Below, piece after piece: positions 36,296-49,779 of a stretch of DNA of 53,036 nucleotides. Origin of the DNA: Basidiobolus meristosporus CBS 931.73 (taxonomy: Eukaryota > Fungi > Basidiobolomycota); NCBI GenBank assembly GCA_002104905.1, contig MCFE01000611.1, forward strand, positions 1 to 53,036, read 5' to 3'. Within the stretch, counting starts at the first letter, position 1. Each line of letters opens with the position of its first letter. The translations under genes were made by a program, and so were the position numbers. Under the pieces are notes generated by a model, which saw only the letters and a program-made list of their open reading frames with translations, made no database searches and had not been told where the DNA came from.

Positions 36296-37431
36296 CCGGG
36301 TCAATGTAATAAAAGATTAGATCTAGGACACAGGTCTAGATGCTGCAAGCTGAGATTTTTGATATTCCTTAATGAAAAGAGGATTGAGATCCAAGAACAG
36401 GGTCAATTTGATAAATATGATATCCAGGACCTGAGTAAAGGTTATAATAGCTAAGATAATGAGTCTAGGACCAGGTGATGGAACCTGAAATGTAAGGACT
36501 GGGATCAAGGTGCTATAACTTGTACTATTTTATACTGCTCAACTTAATAATAGTCAATATTAAGGACCCTGGCATGGTAGTACATGCTAAGATCATGGGC
36601 CAGGGGCCAAGGGAGTAAGGTTGAAGTCTAAAACCAGGGTCTAGGTGGCAAAAGATGAAATTTGGGTATTACTCAATGAAATAATGCTTGATATCCCAGA
36701 AAAGGGTAAAGGTACCAAGATTTGATACTTACAATCTGGGTGTAGGTGATGATAGCTGGGATCTTGATCCTGGGTCCAGGTAATGAAGCTTCCCATGTAG
36801 GGCATAGTTTTAATGTGCCAGAAGTTATAATGTTAAAAGTTGTTGAATTAAATGAGTGTTGATAACCTGAACCTGTGAGTGGTAATGCAAGCTAAGGCGT
36901 AGGAGCTGGGTCCAAGAGATGAAAGTTGAGATTTAGGTCTTAGTTTCAAGTGTTGACAGTTGGAAATTTGGATATTTCTCAATGAAATGAGAGTTGCCAA
37001 TCAGCACCTTGGTCAGGTTGATAAGGGCAAAGATCCAGAACCTACATCCAGTTGATGAGAGCAATGAGCCATAACCTGGATCAAGCAATGACCACTGAGA
37101 TGTAGGACATGGGTTTAAGGTGCAAAATGTTGTAATGTTGGATATTGCGCCATTTAATAAGATTAGATATCCAGGACTGGGCCATGGAAATGCTAGCTGA
37201 GGGCTAGCCCTCACCTTCTAAAGATGAATGATGAGATCTATGGCATGGGTCCATGTGCTGAAGATTGAAATTTTGGATATTACTCATTGAAATGAGGGCT
37301 TTCATGGAAGACCTTGGTCCAGGTGATAAGGGCAAAAACTAAGGCCTGGACAAGGTGATGAGGGCAAACATCTAAAGCCTGGTTCAAGGTGATGAAAGTA
37401 GGGGCGTGGGACATGTGCTCAAATCATCAAA

Positions 37432-37797
37432 TGTAACAAGTCTTGGTATAAGAGTTGTAGAGGAATAGGGAGTTTAGCCAGTATTGTATCTACTAAAGCT
37501 TAAACTGATCTTTATTCAGGTTCCAGCAGCTCCTTATATACATTTTGCCAGATCAATTGCTGACTAATTGAGTTTCCTGATGTAGGATGTGGCTGCTGAC
37601 GCACTTGATTGCATTGTCACCCAATAAGGTCCTACTTAATATATCTATTTCTGTCTGATAAGGATCTGCTGATTCATTTGCTGACTGATGTTGCTGATAT
37701 GATAGATAATACTGATATACTGATAACCTAAACATATAACTAATTGATTTGACTAAGAACTGATATAATTTAAACATTCAAGTGGCAGATCATAACA
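37432..37797 (-). mobile_element. Solo LTR of family A (366 bp)
   Basis: Colinear with 4232-4599. TGTAACAAG...ATCATAACA termini and 4-bp TSD CAAA. Confidence 0.95.
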
Positions 37798-40700
37798 CAA
37801 AAATTGCAAGTTGGAAACTGCTCAATTTGATGATATTTTATATTGCGGACCTGGGCATTTTTATGCAGGCTAAGATTCAGGTTCTGGGTCTAAGTGATGA
37901 AAGTTTTGATCCAGTGCCTGGGTCCAGGTGCTGAAAGTTGAAATTTCGGATATTCCTCTACAAAATGGGGGGGTGTCAATAAGTTCTTGAATCAGTTGAT
38001 GAGAGCAAAGATATAGGACCAGAGTCCAAGTGATGAGGGCAAGAATCTATAATCTTTCTAGGTGATGAAAGTCAGGATGTAGGACCTGGTCTCTAGCTGG
38101 GAAACATGTAATGCTGAATATTGCTCAATATTATGATATTTCATAGTAAGGACCAGGGCATGATAATGCAAGCTAACACCCAAGAACTGAGCCCAGGTGA
38201 TGAGTGCACAGATCAAGAACCTGGAATAGGTTGATAAAAGCTGAGATATAGGACCTGGGATCAAGGAGCAAAAAGTTGCAATGCTAGAAATTGCCCAATT
38301 TACTAAGTGTTGATATCCAGGACCTGTGTGTAGTGATGCATGCTGAGGCCCAGGACCTGGGTCCATCGGTTGAAAGTTGACATGTAGAACCTGGGTCCAG
38401 ATGCCAAAAGTTGAAACTTTAGATATTACTCAATGAAATGAGAGTAGGCATCCAGGACCTTGGTCCAGATGGTGAAGGCAAAATCTACAATCTGGCTCAA
38501 AGGGCTGACTGTTGAGATGCAGGACTTGGACTCAAGACACCAAGAATTGGTATGTTGGATATTGCGCACTTGAATGAGATCTGATATACAAGACCTGGTC
38601 AAGCTACTGCAAGCTAAGATTCAAGACCTGGGCTCTAGTTGATGAAAGGTGAGATATTGGACCTGAATCCAGTTGACAAAAGTTGAAACTTTGAATATTG
38701 CTAATTGAAATGCTGCTGTGAAGTGAAACCTTGATATTGCTCCATCAAACAAGGATATATATATAGAACCAGGGTCAAGGTGCTGAGAGTTGGTATTTAG
38801 CAACTGGTTACAGGTGATGATAGCTAAGATTGGAATCTAGGTCCAGGTGATGAAACAGAAGATGTAGGACCTGGTTCAAGGTGCCAAACATTATAATATT
38901 AGATTATGGTCAATTTAATCAGACATGATACCCAGGACCAGGGCATGACAATATATGCTAAGACCTAATACCTGGGTCCATATGGTGAAAGTACAAGTCA
39001 AAGAACTGCATAATGGTGCTCAAAGTTGTAATTTTGGATACTCCGCAAGGAATTGGGAGGTGTCATTAGGACCTTGGTCCAGGTGATGAGAGCATTGATA
39101 TAGGACCTGGGTCCAGGTGCTGATGGCAGAAATCCGGAAGGTGGGCTAATGTGATGAAAGATGAGATGTGGGTTATTGCTTGGTTTGATGCATAGGACCT
39201 GACCATGGTAATGCATTCTACAGTACAGGACCTGGGTACAGGAGATGAATGGTGTGATCTAGGATCTGGATCCAGGTGCTAAAGCTGAAACTTCTGATAT
39301 TATCCAATAAAATGAGTGTTATCATTTAGGACCTGAGTCAAGGTGCTGAGAGTTGATATATAGGTCCTGGGGTCAGGAGATTAGTGCAAAGATCTAGAGC
39401 TTGGGTCTAGGTGCAGTTGAGATGTAGGATCTGTGCTCTAGGAACTGAAAGTTGTAGTGCTGACTATTACTCAATTTAAGGAGAGTCAATATTCACAACC
39501 TGGGTAAAATAATATAAACTATGATGTAGATTCTGAAACTAGAAGATGTAAGCTGTGATCCAATATCTTGGTCAAGGTGCTAAAAGTTGTAATCTTGTGT
39601 ACTGCTACACCAATTGATAGTTGACAGTGAAGTCCTGGGCATGGTAATTCAAGACAAGATTAACCTTGCTACAGGGAGTATATTTTAAGGTCTACAACCT
39701 TTATTAAGATGCTGTAAGTTTCAATCTTGGTTGTTGCTCAAGGTAGCAAAAATAAAAGTCCAATACCTAGGCAATTTGATCTAGCTTGAGATATAAGTCC
39801 TTGCTTAATGCGCTTAATGCTGAAATATTATATATTTCTTAATATCTAGAGATCAGAGAACCCAGTCCCAAGCAAGGTAATATAATGACCTGAGTCTAGG
39901 TGCTGAAAATTGTAGTGTTAGATAATATTCAATTCAAAGAGAGTTTATATCTAGAACTTTGGTACAACAATTTAAGTGAGGATCTAGAACCCACCTCCAG
40001 GTGTAGATGGCTGTAATCTTTGATTTTGTTAAAAATAATCACAGTTGACATCTATGGCCTAGGTCTTGGTGATTTAGGTGGTGATCTAAGACCTAGGTCA
40101 AGGTACTGAAATTTGATATCCAGGTCCTAGGAGCAGGTAAAGAGAGCTACAATCTGGAACCAGTACCCCAATGATAAAAGTCAAGATGCTGAACCTAGCC
40201 CAAGATGTTGAAAGTTGTAAACTTGGATATTACTCAATGTTTTGAGAGTTGGTATTGTGGACATGGATAGAGATGCTGAGAGTAGATATCTTGGATATTG
40301 GTATAGGTGAGGATAACAAAGATCTAAGATATGGGTCCAGCCAATGAATGCTGAGATGTAGGACCTGGGCTCAAGGTGTTTAAAGTTGTGATTATAGGTA
40401 TGTAATATAAATAGAAGTCCAGGACCTGAACAAAGTGTCAAATGCTAAGACCTGGGAATTGGATTCAGACGCTAAAAGTGATATTCTTGATTATTCCTCA
40501 ATTTTATTGGAACTAATATCCACAACCTAGACAAAGTATTGTAAGCTCAAACTCTGGGCCTTGATCTGGTGGATGGAAGTTGAGCTGTAAGGCCTTATTC
40601 AAAGTGCTGAAAGTTGTATTATTGAATATTGCATAATTTGACTCAAGTTGATTGCCAGAGGTATGGTCCAGGTGATAACTATTGAGATACAAGACCTGAA

Positions 40701-41244
40701 CTGAAGGTGCTCAAAGTTGTTGTGTTTGATAGAGCTAAATTTGAAGAGAGATGATACCCAAGACCTGGGTATGGAGATGTAAATTGGGTTCCAGGATTTG
40801 GGGCCATGTGCTGGTTGTTGTAATCCTGTATATTACTCAATGTAATGAGAGATCTTATTCAGAACCTGTGAACAGACAATTTAGGATGAGATCCAGGACC
40901 TTGGTGCAAGAGTTGAAAGTTAAAGTCCCAAACCTCAGTCCAGGTGATTCAAGTTGTAACCTAGGACTTGAGTACAAGTGATAATAGCTGCATACCTGAG
41001 CCCATGCCCAGATGATGAAGGCTGAGAATTATGACCTTACTGAATGTGCAAAAAGTAGTAATATTAGACATTGCTCCATATCATAAGAGCTGATATACAG
41101 GACATGGAACCAGGTAGCATCAGTTGGAATGTAACATTAAGGTAAAGGTGCTGAAAGTTAGAATCTTTGAAAATGCCCACAGTCATATGAGCTAATATCC
41201 ACAGCCTAAGTGTAGGTGATTTAGGTATTGATCTTGGGCCTTGG

Positions 41245-41942
41245 TGTTGTGCATCAACATTCAAACCATAGTTAAGTTTGCTAATTCAGGAAATCAAGTG
41301 CCCTAACTGATTTGTCCTAACCCAAAAATAACCAATGTCACCCGGTTTTACTTTTATCCCATCTAAGAATCAGTTTTTAGCTATTGCACCTAACCTATTT
41401 TTGTTTGATTATCACATCATCAATTGATCTGCCAAGCCTACCCAGGTGAATACTCATATAAGACTTATCCAATACCTTGTCACTTGCCTAGACACCATCT
41501 GATGGATAATGCATTTTTAACTTATCTTATCTACCATTCAGCACCTAAAAAATTTCCATTAGAAATCCAGCATATTGGTGCTTACTAATTCACATTGATC
41601 AGAAAAGTATAAATAAAACTTGAATAACCTTCAGGCATAGTGTATTTCCCAGAAAAATGAGGATTGTTACTCAATAACATTGAGAGTTCAACAATTCCTT
41701 TCTAGCTTCTTTGCAAGCCTAGTACATCTACCACTCTAAGAGCACCAAGCCTAGGCTGCATAGCAAATCTACTGCATTGTCTTTATAGCTAAGCCAGCAA
41801 TATTTAATACAAGTATTTGACCAGAACCTTACTTTCACTACTTTAGCCACTTCCTGACACTTCTAGAATAAATTCTTACTTGTCTCTATGATCTAGTAAA
41901 ACCATTGAAAAGTTTTATCACATTTCTCTCTTGCATATAACA
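41245..41942 (+). mobile_element. Solo LTR, family D (698 bp)
   Basis: TGTTGTGC...GCATATAACA termini and 5-bp TSD CTTGG. Flanked by satellite on both sides. Homologue at 160-790. Strand is uncertain. Confidence 0.85.
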
Positions 41943-41986
41943 CTTGGTCAGGTGCAGAATGTAGAAATCTTGGACATTACTTAATA

Positions 41987-42056
41987 GACTTATTCTGTTG
42001 GATAGTGCCACATTGAGCCACAAGTGCCAAATAATGCCATAGTGCGCCAGGGAGGC
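41987..42056 (+). mobile_element. Truncated end of the GACTTG MITE family
   Basis: GACTTATTCTGTTGGATAGTGCCACATTGAGCCA matches the left arm of 15833-16570 and is preceded by TAATA. Confidence 0.8.
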
Positions 42057-42649
42057 CTAGGGCAAATGTTCAACAACTTTCTTTAGGACCTTTGTAATAT
42101 ATCACAATACAGGATGAATTCACATGTTATGGTTATCCAATTTTTCTGTTAACCTTGACCAGCAGATGAAAAACTAGAATTGGGACTTTGCAAGCAAGTA
42201 AGAGTGATACCAGAATACATGTAATGGTTGCCTATTAACCTGGAAATTAACATACAATAGAGTATAAGAACAAGCATTTTAGGCAATGGCATCAAATCTG
42301 TGCTCATGATCAGAGTCTACAAATAGCAAGTAAATTCAGAACTGGTGTCAGAAGTAATCAAACATCAAGCTCATGACAATAACTACTGATTTAAGTACAG
42401 ATGAAGCAACTTTCAAAGGTAGTTAAATGCCACATTGGGATCTATAGCTAAGATCATTGGATTCTAGATTCAGGTCCTAGGCCAGGTTAATACAGAGATC
42501 TTAGACACCTGTTTGGTTTGCTACATATAAGCCATACCTCTCAATACTATTGTGAACTTCCAGCATTTCCACATGCTATTGGTTCACTCTCATCTGATGA
42601 GTGTATCAGAACAGCTATTATTGTAATTCAAGTGACTGGCATTACTTTG

Positions 42650-43320
42650 CATATTTACTTACAAATAAACACATCAGATTGTCCAGTCTAGATGTCAGTA
42701 GCAGGCATCTATGCACAAAAAAACTCTTCATATTGCTAGTTGCACTGCATTAAACAATTGTACCTTTTGATTTTGTGGACTTGCTACATAGATATCATCA
42801 TACTCTCAATATTGAAACACTGGATTGTTTGTGTCATTCAAAAGTTTAATTTTTATAGCAGTTTACACAGGATTGGTGTATGTAGGGCCTACATTTGGTT
42901 TACTTTGCCCCCTTTCCATCATTTAGGATCATATGATTATTTCTGTTGTAGAAATCAAGTGTGCGCTTTAAATCACTAGCATAAAAATTCCACTATACAC
43001 TCTTGAATAAATGGTGGGGCACTTGGCATAGTTTTACGCTATATTTCTTCTGCAGAGGTGCGTATACTTGGCTGCCATTCTTATGAGCAATAACTTGATC
43101 TATATTCACTTTTGCTTGTGCATTCTTGCATATCCAGATACTCTTTGACTTCCATGGCAAATGTAGGAAGTTTTTTGCAAGCCAGGATGGATTAGGTATG
43201 AATCTTTCTTCAGGATGGTGAACACATCTTTGGGTGGCTAACCAATTGTTGAAGCATCTTTCCAATTCATTATGAGCATCTAATGAGGATAATATGTGCA
43301 ACATAAATGACATACATATC
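42650..43320 (-). pseudogene. Possible decayed transposase (MULE-like?)
   Basis: 106-aa ORF 42993-43313 (FNNWL...WKSKSIWIC...) and a downstream VFLCIDACY fragment loosely resembling the first-Asp motif of MULE DDE domains. The resemblance is weak. Confidence 0.25.
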
Positions 43321-43904
43321 TATGTGTAAACCTGCTCTCTCTTTGGTTGCTATGATTCCTCCTGAATTTTTAACTAATTGTCTTGTACACTTACAATATC
43401 AAAAATCCATATAAACACTCATTGTGGCAGTAATAGTATTTAGACCATTTAAGCACAATAATTTGCTTTCATCTGAAACTAACCATATTTCTGAGTGTTT
43501 TCATGAGTCACATGGACTAAAGCCAAAACTTAAACAGCTAGTGATAGAGTGTTGGTGATCAAAGTTTGCATTTGAGCAATTTCAATGATAAAACCTATCT
43601 GGTCCATATTGATTTATTATATATCAGCTTACTTAGTAAAAGCAAATTCAGGCCCTATTCAACAGACTTGCTACTGGAGTAACTAACAGCACTTGTCAGT
43701 CTTGTAAAAATTGTAGCTCCTTTTGGTACAGTCTACACTTATTTATCAAATTAGATCTAGCATTAGTCAAGATATTTAGCAATAAATATAACCTACAATA
43801 TATCAGTATTATCTGTCAGATCAGTATCATGTCTTACCAGAAGAAACCGCAATTCCTTTACATCATCTAATCAAAATACTATATCTCAACTGATGTCACT
43901 TTGA

Positions 43905-46900
43905 CATTGGTCATGATATTCAGCTTTGTCACCTTAAACCAAGACCCGGATGTTTGCTATTTTAATCCTTACCAGGTCCTAGATATGTGCTTTAATAACC
44001 TTAACCAAGGTCCTAGTACCGCCTATTATTGTCTTGACATAGGTATTGAATCTTGACAATCACTTTACTTATCCTTTTGTTCAATATTCTGTACCTTCAA
44101 CCAAATTGTTGAACTCAACTTTTATCACATGACCCAGGTCCTAGATCTCATTTTCCATCACCTTAGCCAGCTCCTAGATCTCAACTTCCATCACCTTGGC
44201 CCAGGTCCTCAATCTCAACTTTCATCACCATGACCCGGGTCCTAGATCTCAACTTTCATCACCTTGGCCAGACCTAACTTCAACATTCATCACCTTGGCC
44301 AGGTCCTAGATCTCAACATTCATCACCATGACCAGGTCCTAGATCTCATTTTCCATCACCTTAGCCCAGGTCCTAGATCTCAACTTCCATCACCTTGGCC
44401 AGGTCCTCAATATCAACTTTCATCACCATGACCCGGGTCCTAGAACTTGACTTCCATCACCTTAGCCCAGGACCTAAAATTCAACATTCATCACCTTAGC
44501 CCAGGTCCTAGATCACAACTTTCATCACCTGGTCCCAGGCCCTAGATCTCATTTTCCATCACCTTAGCCCAGGTCCTCAATCTCAACTTTCATCACCTTA
44601 GCCTGGGTCCTAGATCTCAACTTCCATCACCTTGGCCAAGGTCCTGGATCTCAACATTCATCACCTTAACCCAGGTCCTAGATATCAACATTCATCACCA
44701 TGACCCAGGTCCTAGATCTCATTTTCCATGACCTTAGCCCAGGTCCTAGATCTCAACTTCCATCACCTTGGCCCAGGTCCTCAATATCAACTTCATCACC
44801 ATGACCCGGGTCCTAGATCTCGACTTCCATTACCCTTCAGCGCCCAGGACCTAAAATCAACATTCATCACCTTAGCCCAGGTCCTAGATCACAACTTTCA
44901 TCACCTGGGCCCAGGTCCTAGATCTCATTTTCCATCACCTTAGGGTCCAGGTCCTAAATCTCAACTTTGATCACCTTGACCCAGGTCCTAGATCTCAACA
45001 TTTATCACCATGACCTGGTCCTGGATCTCAACTTTTATAACCTTGACCCAGGTCCTGGATCTCAACTTTCATCACCTTGGCCCAGGTCCTAGATCTCAAC
45101 TTCTGTCACCTTGGCCAAGGTCCTGGATCTCAACGTTCATCACCTTAGCCCAGGTCCTAGATCTCAACATTCATCACCTTGGCCCAGGTCCTAGATCTCA
45201 TTTTCCATCACCTTAGCCCAGGTTCTCAATCTAAACTTTCATCACCTTAGCACAGGACCTAAACTTCAACATTCATCACCTTGGCCCAGGTCCTGGATCT
45301 CAACATTCATCACCATGACCCAGGTCCTAGATCTCACTTTCCATGACCTTAGCCCAGGTCCTAGATCTCAACTTCTATCACCTTGGCCCAGGTCCTCAAT
45401 CTCAACTTTCATCACCATGACCCAGGTCCTAGATCTCAACTTTCATCACCTTGGCCCAGGTCCTGGATCTCATTTTCCATCACCTTAGCCCAGGTTGTAG
45501 ATCTGACCCAGGTCCTAGATCCCTTTACCATCACCTTAGCCCAGGTTGCAGATCTCAACTTCTATCACCTTGGCCCAGGTCCTCAGCCTCAACTTTCATC
45601 ACCATGACTCAGGTCCTAGATCTCAACTTTCATCACCATGACCCAGGTCCTAGATCTCAACTTTCATCACCTTGGCCCAAGTCCTAGATCTCATTTTCCA
45701 TCACCTTAGCCCAGGTCCTCAATCTCAGCTTTCATCACCTTGGCCCAGGTCCTAGATCTCAATTTTCATCACCTTGGCCCAGGTCCTAGATCTCATTTTC
45801 CATCAAGTTAGCCAGGTCCTAGATCTCAATTTTCATCACTCTTACCCAGGTTATAGATCTCAACCTTCATCACTATTATCCAGGTCCTAGATCTCAATTT
45901 CCAACTTTCATCACCTTGATCCAGTTCCTGGATCTCATTTTCCATCACCGTAGCCCAGGTCCTCAATCTCAACTTTCATCACCTTGGCCCAGGTTATAGA
46001 TCTCAACTTTCATCACCATGACCCAGGTCCTAGATCTCAACTTTCATCATCTTAACCCAGGTCCTAGATCTGAACTATCATCACTATTACCCATGTCCTA
46101 GATCTCAGCTTTTATCATCTTAGCTCAGGTCCTAGATCTCATTTTCCATCATGTTAGCCAGGTCCTAAACTTCAACAGTCATCACCTTAGCTCAGGTCCT
46201 AGATCTCTACTTTCATCACCTTAGTCCAGGTCCTAGATCTCAACTTCCATCACCTTGGCCCAGGTCCTCAATCTCAACTTTCATCACCATGACCCGGGTC
46301 CTAGATCTCAACTTTAATCACCTTGGCCCAGGACCTAAACTTCAACATTCATCACCTTGGTCCAGATCCTAGATCTCAACATTCATCACCATGACCCAGG
46401 TCCTAGATCTCATTTTCCATCACCTTAGCCAAGGTCCTAGATCTCAACTTCCATCACCTTGGCCCAGGTCCTCAATATCAACTTTCATCACAATGACCCG
46501 GGTCCTAGAACTTGACTTCCATCACCTTAGCCCAGGACCTAAAATTCAACATTCATCACCTTAGCCCAGGTCCTAGATCACAACTTTCATCACCTGGGCC
46601 CAGGTCCTAGATCTCATTTTCCATCACCTTAGTCCAGGTCCTAGATCTCAACTTTGATCACCTTGACCCAGGTCCTAGATCTCAACATTCATCACCGTGA
46701 CCTGGGTCCTGGATCTCAACTTTCATCACCATGACCCAGGTCCTAGATCTCAACTTTCATCACCTTGGCCCAGGTCCTAGATCTCAACTTTCATCACCTT
46801 GGCCCAGGTCCTAGATCTCATTTTCCATCACCTTAGCCCAGGTCCTCAATCTCAACTTTCATCACCTTAGCCCAGGTCCTAGATCTCAACTTTCATCACC

Positions 46901-49560
46901 TTGGCCCAGGTCCTAGATCTCATTTTCCATCAAGTTAGCTAGGTCCTAGATCTCAATTTTCATCACTCTTACCTAGGTTATAGATCTCAACCTTCATCAC
47001 TATTATCCAGGTCCTAGATCTCAATTTTCAACTTTCATCACCTTGCTCCAGGTCCTGGATCTCATTTTCCATCACCTTAGCCCAGGTCCTCAATCTCAAC
47101 TTTCATCACCTTGGCCCAGGTTATAGATCTCAACTTTCATCACCATGACCCAGGTCCTAGATCTCAACTTTCATCACCTTAGCCCAGGTCCTAGATCTGA
47201 CCTTTCATCACTATTACCCATGTCCTAGATCGCAGCTTTTATCACCTTAGCTCAGGTCCTAGATCTCATTTTCCGTCACGTTAGACAGGTCCTAAACTTC
47301 AACATTCATCACCTTAGCCCAGGTCCTAGATCTCAACATTCATCAACTTAGCCCAGGTCCTCAATCTCAACTTTTGTCACCTTGGCCCAGGACCTAAACT
47401 TCAACATTCATCACGTTGGCCCAGGTCCTAGATCTCAACTTTGATTACCTTGGTCCAGGCCCTCAATCTCAACTTTCATCACTTTAGCCCAGGACCTAAA
47501 CTTCAACATTCATCACCATAACCCAGGTCCTAGATCTCAACTTTGATTACCTTGGTCCAGGCCCTAGATCTTAACTTTCATCACCTTGGCCCAGGTCCTG
47601 GATCTCATATTCCATCACCTTGGCCCAGGTCCTCAATCTCAACTTTCATCACCTTAGCCCAGGTCCTAGATCTCAACTTTCATCACCTTGGCCCAGGTCC
47701 TAGATCTCATTTTCCATCACGTTAGCCGGGTCCTAGCTCTCAATTGTCAACTTTCATCACCTTGGCCCAGGTCCTGGATCTCATTTTCCATCACCTTAGC
47801 CCAGGTCCTCAATCTCAACTTTCATCACCTTAGCTCAGGACCTAAACTTCAACATTCATCACCATGACCCAGGTCCTAGATCTCAACTTTGATTACCTTG
47901 GTCCAAGGTCCTTTGATCTCAACTCATCACCTTGGCCCAGGTCCTGGATCTCATTTTCGATCACACTTAGCCCAGTCCTCAATCTCAACATTCATCACCT
48001 TAGCCCAGGTCCTAGATCTCAAACTTTCATCACCTTGGCCAGAGTCCTAGATCTCATTTTCCTTCACCTCAGCCAGGTCCTAGATCTCAATTTTCATCAC
48101 TCTTACCCAGGTTATAGATCTCGCCTTCATCACTATTATTCAGGTCCTAGATCTCAATTTTCATCACTCTTACCCAGGTCGTAGATCTCAGCTTTCACAA
48201 CCATTACCCATGTCCTAGATCTCTACTTTCATCACCTTAGCTCAGGTCCTAAATCTCAACTTTCATCACTACTTACCCAGGTCCTAGATCTCAACATTCA
48301 ATTATTATTACCCAGTCCTAGTATCTCAACTTTCATCACCTCTAACCCAGGTAATAGATCTCAACTTTCATCACAATCACCTAGGTTGTAGATCTCAATT
48401 TTCTTCATTCTTACCCAGGTCTTAGATTTCAACTTTCATAACCATTACCCAGTCCTAGATCTCAACTTTCATCACTATTACCCAGTTCTAAGATCTCAAC
48501 TTCATCACCATTACCCAGGTCCTAGATCTCAACTCTCATTACTATTACCCAGGTCCTAGATCCCAACTTTAATACTCATGTGCCAGGCCTTAGATCTCTA
48601 CTAGCATCACGATAACCCAAGACCTAGATCTATACCACCATGACCCAGGTCCTAGATCTCATCTTTCATCACTATCATCCAGGTCCTAGATCTCAACTTT
48701 CATCACCTTAACCTGGTACTTGATATCAACCATCATCACCATATATGCAAGCCCTAGGCATTGACTTTCATCACCATAACTTAGGTCATAGATTTCAGCA
48801 TTAATCACCATAATCTAGGTCCTATATCTCAGCTTTCATAACCTTAACCTGATCCTAGATCTCCACTGTCATTACTGTATACAAAAGCCCTAGCATCAGC
48901 TCTCATCACCATAACTTTAGTCATAGATCTCAACATTAATCACCATAATCCAGGTCCTAGATCTCAACATTCATAACCTTGATTCAGGCCCTAGAACTCA
49001 ACTTTCATCACCCTTATGCAGGCCCCACATCTCTACTTACTTCACCTTAACAACATCATAGATCTAATTTTCTTCATCTTGACTGCAGTCCTAGATCTCT
49101 ACTTTCTTCACCTCACTTCAGTTCTTGATCTCTACTTTCTTCACCTTGACCACCATCCTGAATCTCAGATTTCATCACCTTGATCCAGGTCCTAGACTTT
49201 GACTATCATCACCATCCCTTAGCCCAGGTCCTAAATCTCAGCTTACATCACAATTCCCCAGGTCCTAATTCTCTACTTTCTTCACCTTTACCCACATCCT
49301 GGTTCTCAACTCCCATCACCATGATCCAGGTTCTATATCTCAGCTTTCATCATCATTGCCCAGGTCCTAGATCTCTGCTTTCTTCACATTGGCCCACATC
49401 CTGGATCTTATCTCTCAACACCTTGGCCCAGGTCCTAGATCTCAACTTTCACTGCCATTACCCAGGTGCTAGATCTCTGTTTTGCACCTTGACCCTGGTT
49501 CTATATCTTAACAACCAACACCTTGACTCAAATCTTAGATGTCAGCTTTGTGATCCTGAC
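43905..49560 (-). repeat. Inverted-orientation 34-bp satellite array (homogeneous core ~44110-48600)
   Basis: Unit CATCACCTTGGCCCAGGTCCTAGATCTCAACTTT is the reverse complement of the left 34-mer, with fixed differences. Confidence 0.97.
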
Positions 49561-49779
49561 CTAGGCTCTGGATGTGAGCTTTTATGCAAGAATTCAAGTA
49601 TGCCAAAGCACCCAAGATCAAATACATGCCAGTACTCTGGAGATTTCATGGAGCAAGTAGAAGATTTACCATTATATCAAATTAGTCTTTTGTAAGCTAG
49701 GATGTAAGTCAATAGTGAACCAAAGCTGGCTCTAGGCCATGCGTGTTGTAATTATCAAGTTCAAGACTAGATATTCATG

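Larger units (their letters stand above)
32810..41244 (+). repeat. Degenerate 34/64-bp satellite mosaic interrupted by solo LTRs
   Basis: Same motifs as 19460-23050, strongly diverged. It resumes briefly at 41943-41985. Confidence 0.85.

Noticed and set aside
41943-41960. TGG after LTR-D read as a PBS
   Set aside because: It is the CTTGG TSD followed by resumed satellite, so this is a solo LTR.
19460-49560. Telomeric or rDNA/tRNA origin of the satellite
   Set aside because: No TTAGGG arrays and no recognisable rRNA or tRNA structure.
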